DNA of 64,000 bases from assembly GCA_963772455.1 (NCBI GenBank), contig CAVYXJ010000013.1, positions 1 to 64,000 on the forward strand, read 5' to 3'. Below the pieces are notes generated by a model. It did not search any database, was not told the origin of the DNA, and saw nothing but the letters and a program-made list of their open reading frames with translations. Positions 40,122-48,680 of this stretch are shown here, piece by piece. A program made the position numbers and the translations under genes. The DNA comes from Candidatus Bathyarchaeota archaeon. GTDB taxonomy: Archaea; Thermoproteota; Bathyarchaeia; Bathyarchaeales; Bathycorpusculaceae. Within the stretch, counting starts at the first letter, position 1. Every line of letters begins with the position of its first letter.

Positions 40122-40469
40122 TCATTTTTTTCCAAGAGATTGTGGATCAATCTGTCTGCGTGTTCCATCTTTATCTATTACATACATGTGAAAGTCATAT
40201 TCATCACAGTAGTTTTTGATTTCAAGATACTTTTCTTTGTTGCCATCGAACATTTCAGGAGTAACCACTTCACAGATGCGCGTTAAACAACCTTTCTTTT
40301 CTGCTTGAACATCTGGAAGATACCCTTTGCCTATGATTGAGGGTTTATCGTAACCTTGTAAATCTGCCTTTACTGTCCAGTTGTCCCGTTTCAATTCTTC
40401 AGCTACAGCCATAACACAAGCGTCATGATTATCTTGATTTTTACTTTTTTTCTCCGACATAGTCATCAC
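40122..40469 (-). CDS. Hypothetical protein, possible PD-(D/E)XK-like fold
   Basis: H..V..VAEELK..W.V.AD...PDVQAEK..ICEV. Confidence 0.5.
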   Translation of the reverse strand: MMTMSEKKSKNQDNHDACVMAVAEELKRDNWTVKADLQGYDKPSIIGKGYLPDVQAEKKGCLTRICEVVTPEMFDGNKEKYLEIKNYCDEYDFHMYVIDKDGTRRQIDPQSLGKK

Positions 40470-40493
40470 TTATTCAAAATTACTTGGGCTAAC

Positions 40494-40805
40494 TTATTGT
40501 TTTTTCCAAGGTCTAATAACGCGGTCATTATCCCAATATGCGCAACACATGCGAACGGTGACGTACATTTCTATTTTCTTATTGTAGCACATTCTCTTGC
40601 TTGAAGCGTCGGCTTTCGAGCCACCTGGTAGTGTAATTAAGTCAGAATTCTCGGCTCGATTCATTTCTTCATTGTTTTTTGGGTTAACTCCACCTTCGTT
40701 ATTCAATTCTTGTGAGACTACAGGTTCATTGTTGTTGGCAATAAATTTGCAGTTAAAACAATTGGTTCCAAGAATTTTTTCTTTAGATAAGCTATTTTTA
40801 CTCAT
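40494..40805 (-). CDS. Small Cys-rich hypothetical protein (true start 40805; the track extension overlaps tRNA-Ile)
   Basis: AGGTG SD. CFNCKF ... CYNKKIEMYVTVRMCCAYW. Confidence 0.55.
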   Translation of the reverse strand: MSKNSLSKEKILGTNCFNCKFIANNNEPVVSQELNNEGGVNPKNNEEMNRAENSDLITLPGGSKADASSKRMCYNKKIEMYVTVRMCCAYWDNDRVIRPWKKQ

Positions 40806-40879
40806 AAAAACACCTAATATTTGAAATATTTTTCTCTTAGTAAAACGTTTTGTAAGACTTCTTCTTTGGAATATTGAAA

Positions 40880-40957
40880 TGGTGGGCCGAGCCGGATTTG
40901 AACTGGCGACCTTTCGATTATCAGTCGAACGCTCAAGCCAAGCTGAGCTACCGGCCC
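40880..40957 (-). tRNA. tRNA-Ile(GAT), CCA encoded
   Basis: GGGCCGG...TTCGA CT GAT AA TCGAA...GTTCAAATC...TCGGCCC A CCA cloverleaf. Confidence 0.95.
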
Positions 40958-41054
40958 ACATTTTTTGAAGCGACACAAGTTTAATATTATGTGGGTTTAT
41001 AAGAATTGTCATAAATCTTTTAATGCTACACCATTACTTTGGTTGTCAGAACAA

Positions 41055-41130
41055 GGGCTCGTAGCCTAGCACGGATTAAGGTGTCAGCCTTCGGAGCTGG
41101 AGATCGTGGGTTCAAATCCCACCGGGCCCG
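41055..41130 (+). tRNA. tRNA-Arg(TCG)
   Basis: GGGCTCG TAGCCTAG...TCAGC CT TCG GA GCTGG...GGTTCAAATCC..CGGGCCC G. Confidence 0.93.
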
Positions 41131-41338
41131 TTTATTTTAATTTTAGCTTTTTTCAATTTGTGTTTATATATTTTTAAACAATAATTGTTTTTTTTATTTG
41201 AAATTTTTGGTTTATTGTTCAAAATATTACTTTTTAAGATTAAAAAGAGTTTTTTAGCGAAGGAATATTGTTGTCATAACAAATCTTAAATCTATCTAAC
41301 TGTCCATAGAAAGAAACAGAAACAAGGAGAGCGGTAGT

Positions 41339-42289
41339 ATGGTAGATATACTCTTAGTCTTGGCAATAATTATTCCCTTAATAGTTGTATTATATGCCTT
41401 AATTTCATCTCTTCGAATCGTTAGACCTACAGAGAAAGGTTTGGTTGAGCGATTTGGCAAATACCACCGTTTTGTTGAGGGGGGCATAACTTTGCTGGTT
41501 CCTTTCGTTGACCGAATAATTAAAGTAAACGTAACTGAACGCATGACTCCAGTCCAACGTCAGGACGTAATTACTAAAGACAAGGTATTCATGGGTGTCG
41601 ATGCAGTGGTTTTCTACAGAATCAAACAAGATGAACCGTCGGTTAAAGCATCACAATATGCAGTTGCTAGTTTTGCGGCTCAAATTGACACCTTAGCTCG
41701 TACAGTGTTGAGAGATATAATCGGTGGCATGGATATGGCAATAGCTAATACATCCCGACCTATCATTAATGCTAGCCTCAAAAACGCATTAGATGAACAA
41801 ACCGAAAAATGGGGCATCGAAATTGTACGCGCAGAAATCAAAGATCTTGAGCCGCCACGAGAACTCATCGTGTCTATGGAGTCAGTTCTAAAAGCAGATA
41901 ACGAAAGACAAGCAGCGGAGAAAACCGCCATCGCCCAGGCTACCTTAGCGAGCGGACAGAAAAACGCGGCAATTCAGGTTGCTGAAGGACAGAAGCAAGC
42001 GGCTATTCTTTCATCTGAAGGCCAGAAAATTGCAACAATTCAAATTGCGGAAGGAGATGCACAAGCAACCAAATTAAGAAATGAGGCTTTAACAACGTAC
42101 TTCAAAGACAGCGCAATCACTTTCAAGCAATTGGAAACTATCACAACATCTTTGCAAAATAACACCAAAATAATTGTTCCTGAAGGAAAAGCAATTTCAC
42201 TTATACTCAATGAGCAAGAGAATCTTTCAAAAGCAACTATCCTTCCTATACCGCCACCACCTGGGCAAAAAACAAGTAGACAGATGTAG
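41339..42289 (+). CDS. SPFH/band 7 (stomatin/QmcA-like) protein
   Basis: N-terminal TM, LVERFGKY, QDVITKD, LRDIIG, WGIEI..EIKDLEPP and AEG repeats. Confidence 0.9.
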   Translation: MVDILLVLAIIIPLIVVLYALISSLRIVRPTEKGLVERFGKYHRFVEGGITLLVPFVDRIIKVNVTERMTPVQRQDVITKDKVFMGVDAVVFYRIKQDEPSVKASQYAVASFAAQIDTLARTVLRDIIGGMDMAIANTSRPIINASLKNALDEQTEKWGIEIVRAEIKDLEPPRELIVSMESVLKADNERQAAEKTAIAQATLASGQKNAAIQVAEGQKQAAILSSEGQKIATIQIAEGDAQATKLRNEALTTYFKDSAITFKQLETITTSLQNNTKIIVPEGKAISLILNEQENLSKATILPIPPPPGQKTSRQM

Positions 42290-42309
42290 AAAAAAATTGA
42301 CTTTGGCTC

Positions 42310-42732
42310 TTATTTAGAGCCTAAACCCACTTTTATGTAGTCTTTTATCATTTGGTCATGTTCAAAAGCTATAGGCTTAGGCAGTTCACTTATGGAAAAA
42401 AGTTTGATTTCTTGGATTTCGCTATCTTGCTTTTTGGTTTCTCCACTCTCAGGTTTCACAAGAAAACAGGTCGGGTAAAATTCGTATTCTACTTCATCTT
42501 TAACGCCTTTTTCAATATATTCGCCAATCTTGCCTGCAATTGTTACGTCGAGTCCTGTTTCTTCTTTAACTTCCCGAACTATCGTTTGTTCGATGGTCTC
42601 GCCAGAGTCCATTCTTCCACCAGGCAATGCCCAGTAGCCTTTGAAAGGAATTGTGTTGCGTTTAATGAGCAATATCTTGTTTCCTGGATAAGGTATTATG
42701 GCGGTTGCTGTTTTACCTGTGTATTTCTTCAT
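42310..42732 (-). CDS. NUDIX hydrolase
   Basis: Nudix box GGRMDSGETIEQTIVREVKEETG and AFEH. Likely start MKKY at 42732. Confidence 0.88.
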   Translation of the reverse strand: MKKYTGKTATAIIPYPGNKILLIKRNTIPFKGYWALPGGRMDSGETIEQTIVREVKEETGLDVTIAGKIGEYIEKGVKDEVEYEFYPTCFLVKPESGETKKQDSEIQEIKLFSISELPKPIAFEHDQMIKDYIKVGLGSK

Positions 42733-42743
42733 TGTATCCCTTT

Positions 42744-43550
42744 CTAAGTTGTTAATTTGTATCTCCAATTGATAACTAATGATGCTACGAAAATTGTTAT
42801 GCCAGAAAAAACGACTATGGGACCTGAGAATGGGACAATAGAAGTTGGACCAAAAAAGAGGCTCCATATTAGAACTCCAGAGAAACATGCAATTGCACCG
42901 AAAACCGCGCTAAGCATTGAGTATCTTCGCATATGGGGGCTTAAGATTTTAGCAGCTATTGCAGGTACAATGACTAGAAATCCAACAAGTAATGTCCCAA
43001 CTATCTGGATTCCGATTGCGACAATTACTGAGACTAGAAAGAGATAAAGTAGGTTTACTCTTGCAACTTTGATGCCTTTTGAAATGGCAAGGTCCTCCGA
43101 AATCATAGCTAAGATCAGTTTGTCATAGATTAATTTCGTGAGAATAATCGCTACGATGCAAACTGCAGCTGCTATGGACATGCTAATTAGGGTTACTTGG
43201 GATATGTCTCCAAAAAGCGCCGCCTCAAGTGCATCTAAATTATCCCCATAAATCAGAATACCAATCGCCAATGCAAGAGTAAACATTGCGCCAACGAGGG
43301 CTTCGAAAGAGATTTTTGTTGTTCTTTGAATTTGCCAAATTATAACTGCTGAAGCAAACAAGAACACGAAGGCACCTAGGGTAGCATCAAAATGTAAGGT
43401 TATTCCAATAGCTAATCCGGGTAGCGCAACATGTGAGAGAGCATCACCAACAAGCGCCATTTTCTCCAAAACCATCAAAGACCCTAAGTAGCCTGCGGCG
43501 ACACCTACGAAAATTGACAATATTAGGCTGTAGAAAGTGGTGTCGAGCAT
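42744..43550 (-). CDS. znuB: Zn/Mn ABC transporter permease
   Basis: GDALSHVALPG, LFGDI and VGTLLV..L.VPA motifs. Confidence 0.85.
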   Translation of the reverse strand: MLDTTFYSLILSIFVGVAAGYLGSLMVLEKMALVGDALSHVALPGLAIGITLHFDATLGAFVFLFASAVIIWQIQRTTKISFEALVGAMFTLALAIGILIYGDNLDALEAALFGDISQVTLISMSIAAAVCIVAIILTKLIYDKLILAMISEDLAISKGIKVARVNLLYLFLVSVIVAIGIQIVGTLLVGFLVIVPAIAAKILSPHMRRYSMLSAVFGAIACFSGVLIWSLFFGPTSIVPFSGPIVVFSGITIFVASLVINWRYKLTT

Positions 43551-43555
43551 TTCAG

Positions 43556-44251
43556 TCAGTTTTCTCCTCTTTCAGTTTCGACGCAGACTGTTTCGCCGTA
43601 AATCTGTCTTTGTATGTCTGGTTTCCCAATTTCCTCTGCGGGTCCGCAGAATGTAACGCATTTATTTATCGCTAGCAAAGCGTCAGCGTATTCCTGAACG
43701 ATGTGTATGTTGTGGGTTATCAAGAAAATAGTTATTTTTTGGTTTTTCTTGATTTCGTTAAGCATCAAGTAAATTGGTTCTTCGCTATCCATGTCAACAC
43801 CTGTTGTTGGCTCATCCAAAAGCAGGATGTTGGGGTTATCATTTAGTGCCCAAGCGATTAAGACTCGTCGAAGTTGCCCACCAGACAAAACGCCTAATCT
43901 CTTATCTAAAATACTGTTATCGTATAATCTTACTTTTTTTAGCGAGTTTTCCACGTCAACTCCATTTCCAATTGAGAGGAATTCTCTAACGGACATGGGA
44001 ATATCGGAAACAGTGACGTATTGAGGGACATATCCGATTTTTACTTTCTCTGTCCATTCGAGTGAACCTGTGTGAGGGATTAGGTTTAGAAGGGCTTTGA
44101 GTAAAACTGTTTTTCCTGCGCCGTTTGGTCCCAGTATGGCTAATGTGGTACCTTTTGTGACGTTAAAATTTATGTGGTCAAGTAAGATTTGGTTTTGAAG
44201 TTTTACCCCAAGATTTGAAACTTTTAGGATATAGTCGTTTTTTTCAGCCAT
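43556..44251 (-). CDS. znuC: Zn/Mn ABC transporter ATP-binding protein
   Basis: GPNGAGKT, IGYVPQ, LSGGQ and LLLDEPTTGVD motifs. Confidence 0.85.
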   Translation of the reverse strand: MAEKNDYILKVSNLGVKLQNQILLDHINFNVTKGTTLAILGPNGAGKTVLLKALLNLIPHTGSLEWTEKVKIGYVPQYVTVSDIPMSVREFLSIGNGVDVENSLKKVRLYDNSILDKRLGVLSGGQLRRVLIAWALNDNPNILLLDEPTTGVDMDSEEPIYLMLNEIKKNQKITIFLITHNIHIVQEYADALLAINKCVTFCGPAEEIGKPDIQRQIYGETVCVETERGEN

Positions 44252-44343
44252 AATTGACCAAAGCTTTCGAGTGCCTTAACGGTTTAAACAATATAACATT
44301 AACATTGTGAGGCGTCCAATAAGTTTTTTGAAACAACCAAACA

Positions 44344-45957
44344 CTAAATCTTCACTCTGCCGTTTAAAGCCTGTTGTTCCTTATCGGAAAGCCAGCCCTC
44401 ATTTTTCAAGAAACTTAATCCGCGTTCAACTTTTTCCATGAATAACCTATTTACTAAAAGGTTGTTTTTTTGGGATAAGTCGTTAAGTTGATTTTCAAAC
44501 ACCTTGTTTTGTTTGGCAAGAGTTTTAACATTGTTGACTAGAGTTGTTGCTGATTTGAAGCGTGGAATGAGGCGATCTTTGATTTTTGATATCCCAAAGG
44601 CTCCTTTCAACTTTCCAGAAAAATCAACTCCGGCAATAATAGAGGGTTCAATGAAAAAGTATCGTCTTGAAGCGCCTGCTTCATAGCAAGATACGTAAAA
44701 CGGAATATAAAACAAAGCCGAACTTTTCAACCCTTGTTCTTTAATGCCTAACTCTTCAAAATTAGATCTTGTGGTCTCGGATAGCTTGATGGTTTTGCTT
44801 AAGCTTTCAAGTAATATTTTCTCTTGTTTAAGGAGTTTGTCGGTTTCCAGTTTGAAGGTAAGCATTTTAGCATCTCGGGTAGCCTTCAGTTCTAGTAGAG
44901 GCAGTCGGGCAAGTTTGATTTCAGTGTCAAGCTCAAAATTTATCTTGGAAATTTCCTGCACTTTTTGTTTGTTTATTTGTGTAACGTTGAAATGTATGTC
45001 CTTTAATTTCTTTTTTAGATCCTTAAGGTCTCTTTGAGTTTGCTTAATTTTTTCTTTCCATCGTTTCTCGTAAAGTGAATGCTTTTTAGTGGCTTGAGAT
45101 TTTGCTTCGTGTTGATATTGCTTGATTTTTCGTTCGTTGATTTCGATGGATTTTTGCGTTTTGGTTTCAAGTTTTTGTAACTTTTTAATTTCTTTGACAA
45201 ATTGTTCAGTTAAATTCTTTATTTTGGCTTTGTGATCTTTGTTTAATTTAGTTATTTTGGGGTTTACGATTTCTTCTTGAGCTCTTATTTTTGCATCTAT
45301 TTCCTCAGTTGCGGCTGATTCTTCATATTTGAGTTCTGTTACATATTGAACTGTTATTTTATTCAATAGCCTTTTGCATTCAGGAAGCAGTTCAACTTCT
45401 TCTCTTAGGCTTGATTGAAGTTTGTAAAACATAGCTACCGAGGAGCAAATGGTGTTTTCATCTAGAGTTGGTGAAAGCTGGCCTGAATTTGCAGGATTCA
45501 ATTCTGATGCTTCTTTGCAGTAATTGCTAAATTCATTTCTAAAATCTACATCCGCAATTAAGCCCTTAAAAACAAATTGTTTTTCTTTTATGGGGATTTG
45601 AAAATAATCACTATGGTCTAACAGGAATGTATGATAATTTTCCCGTGGACTTGAATTGGCTTCCAAACTTTTTATAAAAGCTTTGGTCGATGGAACTTCC
45701 GTGTAAGAAATGTTGTAGCTTGAGTCGCCGAATCCATCAAAAACTAAGTTCACATTGTTTTTTGGATAAAGCCATAATGGATAGCCTAATTTCGATAGGA
45801 AAACCAGTTTTTCTTCAGGTTGCCTCATAAATAATCCGCCGCCTCTGCTTCTTTCGAGCTCTGCGGTGGCGAAAATGGCTGCTGCCTCGACCTCTTGTGT
45901 GGTGTTTTTTGGGTTTGAGAAGGGTAGGCTAAAGCGTTTAGTTGCAGAGGTCAACAT
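44344..45957 (-). CDS. Hypothetical protein with long central coiled coil
   Basis: 537-aa ORF with globular termini (YPLW.., FYIPFY..) and Lys/Glu heptads in the middle. Confidence 0.7.
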   Translation of the reverse strand: MLTSATKRFSLPFSNPKNTTQEVEAAAIFATAELERSRGGGLFMRQPEEKLVFLSKLGYPLWLYPKNNVNLVFDGFGDSSYNISYTEVPSTKAFIKSLEANSSPRENYHTFLLDHSDYFQIPIKEKQFVFKGLIADVDFRNEFSNYCKEASELNPANSGQLSPTLDENTICSSVAMFYKLQSSLREEVELLPECKRLLNKITVQYVTELKYEESAATEEIDAKIRAQEEIVNPKITKLNKDHKAKIKNLTEQFVKEIKKLQKLETKTQKSIEINERKIKQYQHEAKSQATKKHSLYEKRWKEKIKQTQRDLKDLKKKLKDIHFNVTQINKQKVQEISKINFELDTEIKLARLPLLELKATRDAKMLTFKLETDKLLKQEKILLESLSKTIKLSETTRSNFEELGIKEQGLKSSALFYIPFYVSCYEAGASRRYFFIEPSIIAGVDFSGKLKGAFGISKIKDRLIPRFKSATTLVNNVKTLAKQNKVFENQLNDLSQKNNLLVNRLFMEKVERGLSFLKNEGWLSDKEQQALNGRVKI

Positions 45958-46010
45958 TTGTATTGTCAGTGAAGGTATTAAGACGCTGGTTTTTTAAAAC
46001 TTGTTATAGC

Positions 46011-47354
46011 TTAACCAGTAAAGAAGTCTGAAATCTTCTTTTGGAATAGTGCCTTCTTTAGTAGTTCGCTTTGAAGTATCCAGCGTTGCATTGGTATTTC
46101 AAATCTGGCGCTAATGAATTGGAGAGATTCGGCAAGATTCTTGAAAATATAGGGTTTTTGGTGCATTGCATTTCGGACGTTTTCACGAACTTGCCAGACG
46201 CCAATAGGCATAATATAACCTGGTCTTGCTTCTCGGAGAACGATTGCGGTGGCTTGGCGTCGATCTTTTTGGAGTTGTTCGCAGATGGCTAATCGTGCTG
46301 AGTAATAGCAGCCGCCAATCGCTGCGTAAGTTGTTCGTCCGTTATTGCCTTCCCAGTCAGAGAAAATAGCTATGTTTTGGCCAGTTGGGTTCCAGACGGT
46401 TCCTGGATACCAAGCTTCCATGGATTCATAACTCCACTGCCCGGGTATCATTAAAATCTCAAACACATTGTCCATATAGATCGATTCGTAAACTCGGTAT
46501 TCATTGATTTCTGGGAATGTTTTTACTTTTTCTCGGAGGTTCTTGGAGATGATGTCATCTACGGCTGTTATGCTCCATCTTGTTGGAACGAGTCGTCGTT
46601 TCTTTTCCACTCCAAAAGCGCCGACACTGAATGCTTTTTGAATTTTACTTACAATGACTCCTCGATTGTATAAGTCTACTACAGCCTGGGTTGCTCGTAA
46701 ATCCGTGTCATAGTATGCTTTCTCAATTTTGTCATCGTAACGTGCATTACCAACGTGAAGGTCGCGAATGGGGGCTGAAGGACCAAATGGTTGAACATTA
46801 TCATCGAGGTAAATTGATCCCCGAGGTTTTTTTGTAAGATTCAATTCGATGTCAACACAGGTGTCTGCAAGAGCTAATTCCCGTGTTTGATCAAGAATTT
46901 TTCCCCCGTCCATAAATTTCTGGACATTAACTCTGTGTTTTCCTCGAACAAGCAAGCTACGAAATCCCACAATCTCATCCATTGATTTTCCAAACCATTT
47001 CTCAGGCAAATCATAGATTCCGGTATCTTCGTGAACAGGCGGAACAAGTGGTCCTGCGTAAACGTTGGGGTAGCCGATTCTTCCAATAAAAACGCTGGGC
47101 GGTGACATGCCATCGATGTCTTCAGTAGCCATTAAAGGTGCACTTTTGAGGAAATAGTTGACTTTTACCATTATTGGGCATCGAGTTTTTCCGCAAAGAG
47201 CTCTTGCTCCTTTGCAAAGGACACAGAGGCTATCGTTTCTGGTTCGAGTTATGATTTGGCGCTCGTCGATTGCGCTTTTGTTTACTTTTTCTATTATTTC
47301 CAGTAGCCAGTTGTTTGGTTTTGTTGTAGTTTGGGTTTTTTGGGTGACAGTCAT
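46011..47354 (-). CDS. nreA: Nre family archaeal DNA repair protein
   Basis: N-terminal CVLCKG..LCG..CP, SPPSVFIGR.GYP, RRLVPTRWSITAVD, GGCYY and C-terminal PIP box QKKISDFF. Confidence 0.9.
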   Translation of the reverse strand: MTVTQKTQTTTKPNNWLLEIIEKVNKSAIDERQIITRTRNDSLCVLCKGARALCGKTRCPIMVKVNYFLKSAPLMATEDIDGMSPPSVFIGRIGYPNVYAGPLVPPVHEDTGIYDLPEKWFGKSMDEIVGFRSLLVRGKHRVNVQKFMDGGKILDQTRELALADTCVDIELNLTKKPRGSIYLDDNVQPFGPSAPIRDLHVGNARYDDKIEKAYYDTDLRATQAVVDLYNRGVIVSKIQKAFSVGAFGVEKKRRLVPTRWSITAVDDIISKNLREKVKTFPEINEYRVYESIYMDNVFEILMIPGQWSYESMEAWYPGTVWNPTGQNIAIFSDWEGNNGRTTYAAIGGCYYSARLAICEQLQKDRRQATAIVLREARPGYIMPIGVWQVRENVRNAMHQKPYIFKNLAESLQFISARFEIPMQRWILQSELLKKALFQKKISDFFTG

Positions 47355-47451
47355 TATCAGTTAAATTATCTTTACATGGTCTCATATGTTTTTTCTGCAT
47401 GAAAATTGTTAAAATATATGCTTATTCGATGTTTTTGACGATAGTGTATCT

Positions 47452-48120
47452 CTACTTTTCAAAAAGTGTTTTAGTGATTGTTTTAAATATCAAAGTAAGT
47501 TTTTTTGGAAGTTTTGGCTTAACTTCATCAATCTTTCTGAGAACATATGGAACTGGAATACTCGTCAAGTTGGCATCAATGATTTTCAGTTCACCATTGA
47601 TTCTTTTCAAGTTCTCTTCTTTAATATCAAAAACACCGTATCGATAAACAATTCGTCTGAGTCGTGCAAGTTCCCCCTCATTAATTTGGGCTGGAAATCC
47701 ATACTCTTGCAACAAACAATATTTAGTATGCCAAAATATTCTGGCAAACACTTGATGGCGAATACTTTCAGGAATGCGTTTGTAAGTTCTATGGTCGTTT
47801 TCTATGCTTTTTTTTGGACCGATTTTGAGCACTATTTTTTGGTCGGCTGAATGAATGCCAAAGACAATTTTGTGCCATCCAACATCTCTAACATAGAGAT
47901 CAGGAAAATTTCTTGATACTAACTTTTCAAGTTGAGGTTGGGGGATGAATGGAGAACCTGACAGGTGTAAGTAGTGTTCTATTGAATGGTCAATTTGTAT
48001 GGCAGTGTGATGGTAAGACTTGAATTTCAACTTTAGGCACTCAAAAGCATTTAACACTAAAACATGAGCTCGTTGATAATAATAAACATAACAAAAAATT
48101 GTAGGTCTTATTATTTTCAT
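47452..48120 (-). CDS. Minimal protein-kinase-like protein (start uncertain)
   Basis: VGWHKIVF, VLKI, LLQEY, DIKEEN and KIIDA occur in kinase-fold order. Confidence 0.5.
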   Translation of the reverse strand: MKIIRPTIFCYVYYYQRAHVLVLNAFECLKLKFKSYHHTAIQIDHSIEHYLHLSGSPFIPQPQLEKLVSRNFPDLYVRDVGWHKIVFGIHSADQKIVLKIGPKKSIENDHRTYKRIPESIRHQVFARIFWHTKYCLLQEYGFPAQINEGELARLRRIVYRYGVFDIKEENLKRINGELKIIDANLTSIPVPYVLRKIDEVKPKLPKKLTLIFKTITKTLFEK

Positions 48121-48176
48121 TTGGAAACTGGTGGTTATCTTTATTTTGATTTATTGAACGGGTTTGATTTTTTGTT

Positions 48177-48374
48177 CTATACTACGTATTGGGTTGCGTT
48201 TTCTGGAAGATGTGGCTGGATTTGCTCTGTTTTGCTTGGAATAGTGGCATGCTCATTCATCCACTTGGATAGTCCCTTACAGCAGTTTGGGTTGCATGAA
48301 AATTTTTTCTGTTTTCCGTTCCATGACTGGCAGGAGGCACAGGGAATTTCTTTTTGATGTTCCATGGCAATCAC
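48177..48374 (-). CDS. Small Cys-rich hypothetical protein
   Basis: CASC..W..CNPNCC..LSKW. Similar size to archaeal Zn-binding microproteins. Confidence 0.5.
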   Translation of the reverse strand: MIAMEHQKEIPCASCQSWNGKQKKFSCNPNCCKGLSKWMNEHATIPSKTEQIQPHLPENATQYVV

Positions 48375-48479
48375 GTCCTTATTGTTTTAGCGATATTTAC
48401 CATTTATGAAAAAGAACTCTTGAGCAGCTGTTTGAATTCAAAATCAATAAATCGCATAATTACTTAGATATAAGAAGAA

Positions 48480-48557
48480 TGGCGCCCAGGCCGGGATTCG
48501 GACCCGGGTCCTACGGGCGACAGCCGCATATACTGGACCGAACTATACTACCTGGGC
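48480..48557 (-). tRNA. tRNA-Asp(GTC), CCA encoded, T-loop reads TCCGAAT
   Basis: GCCCAGG TAGTATAG...TGCGG CT GTC GC CCGTA...CCGGG TCCGAAT CCCGG CCTGGGC G CCA. Confidence 0.9.
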
Positions 48558-48680
48558 AATTTAGCGCCGCAAGAATACTAATAACTTTAGCTAATTAACC
48601 TTTCTCGGACATTAGTGTTGGTTTAGCGACATTTTTAATACTGTTCAGAAATATTTAATGGGTATATTGTTTGAGGATGA

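Noticed and set aside
40806-41012. N-terminal extension of ORF 40494-41012
   Set aside because: It runs through tRNA-Ile. The real start is the SD-preceded ATG at 40805.
42744-44251. Missing substrate-binding subunit of the metal ABC transporter
   Set aside because: Binding-protein genes are often encoded elsewhere, so absence from one window is not informative.
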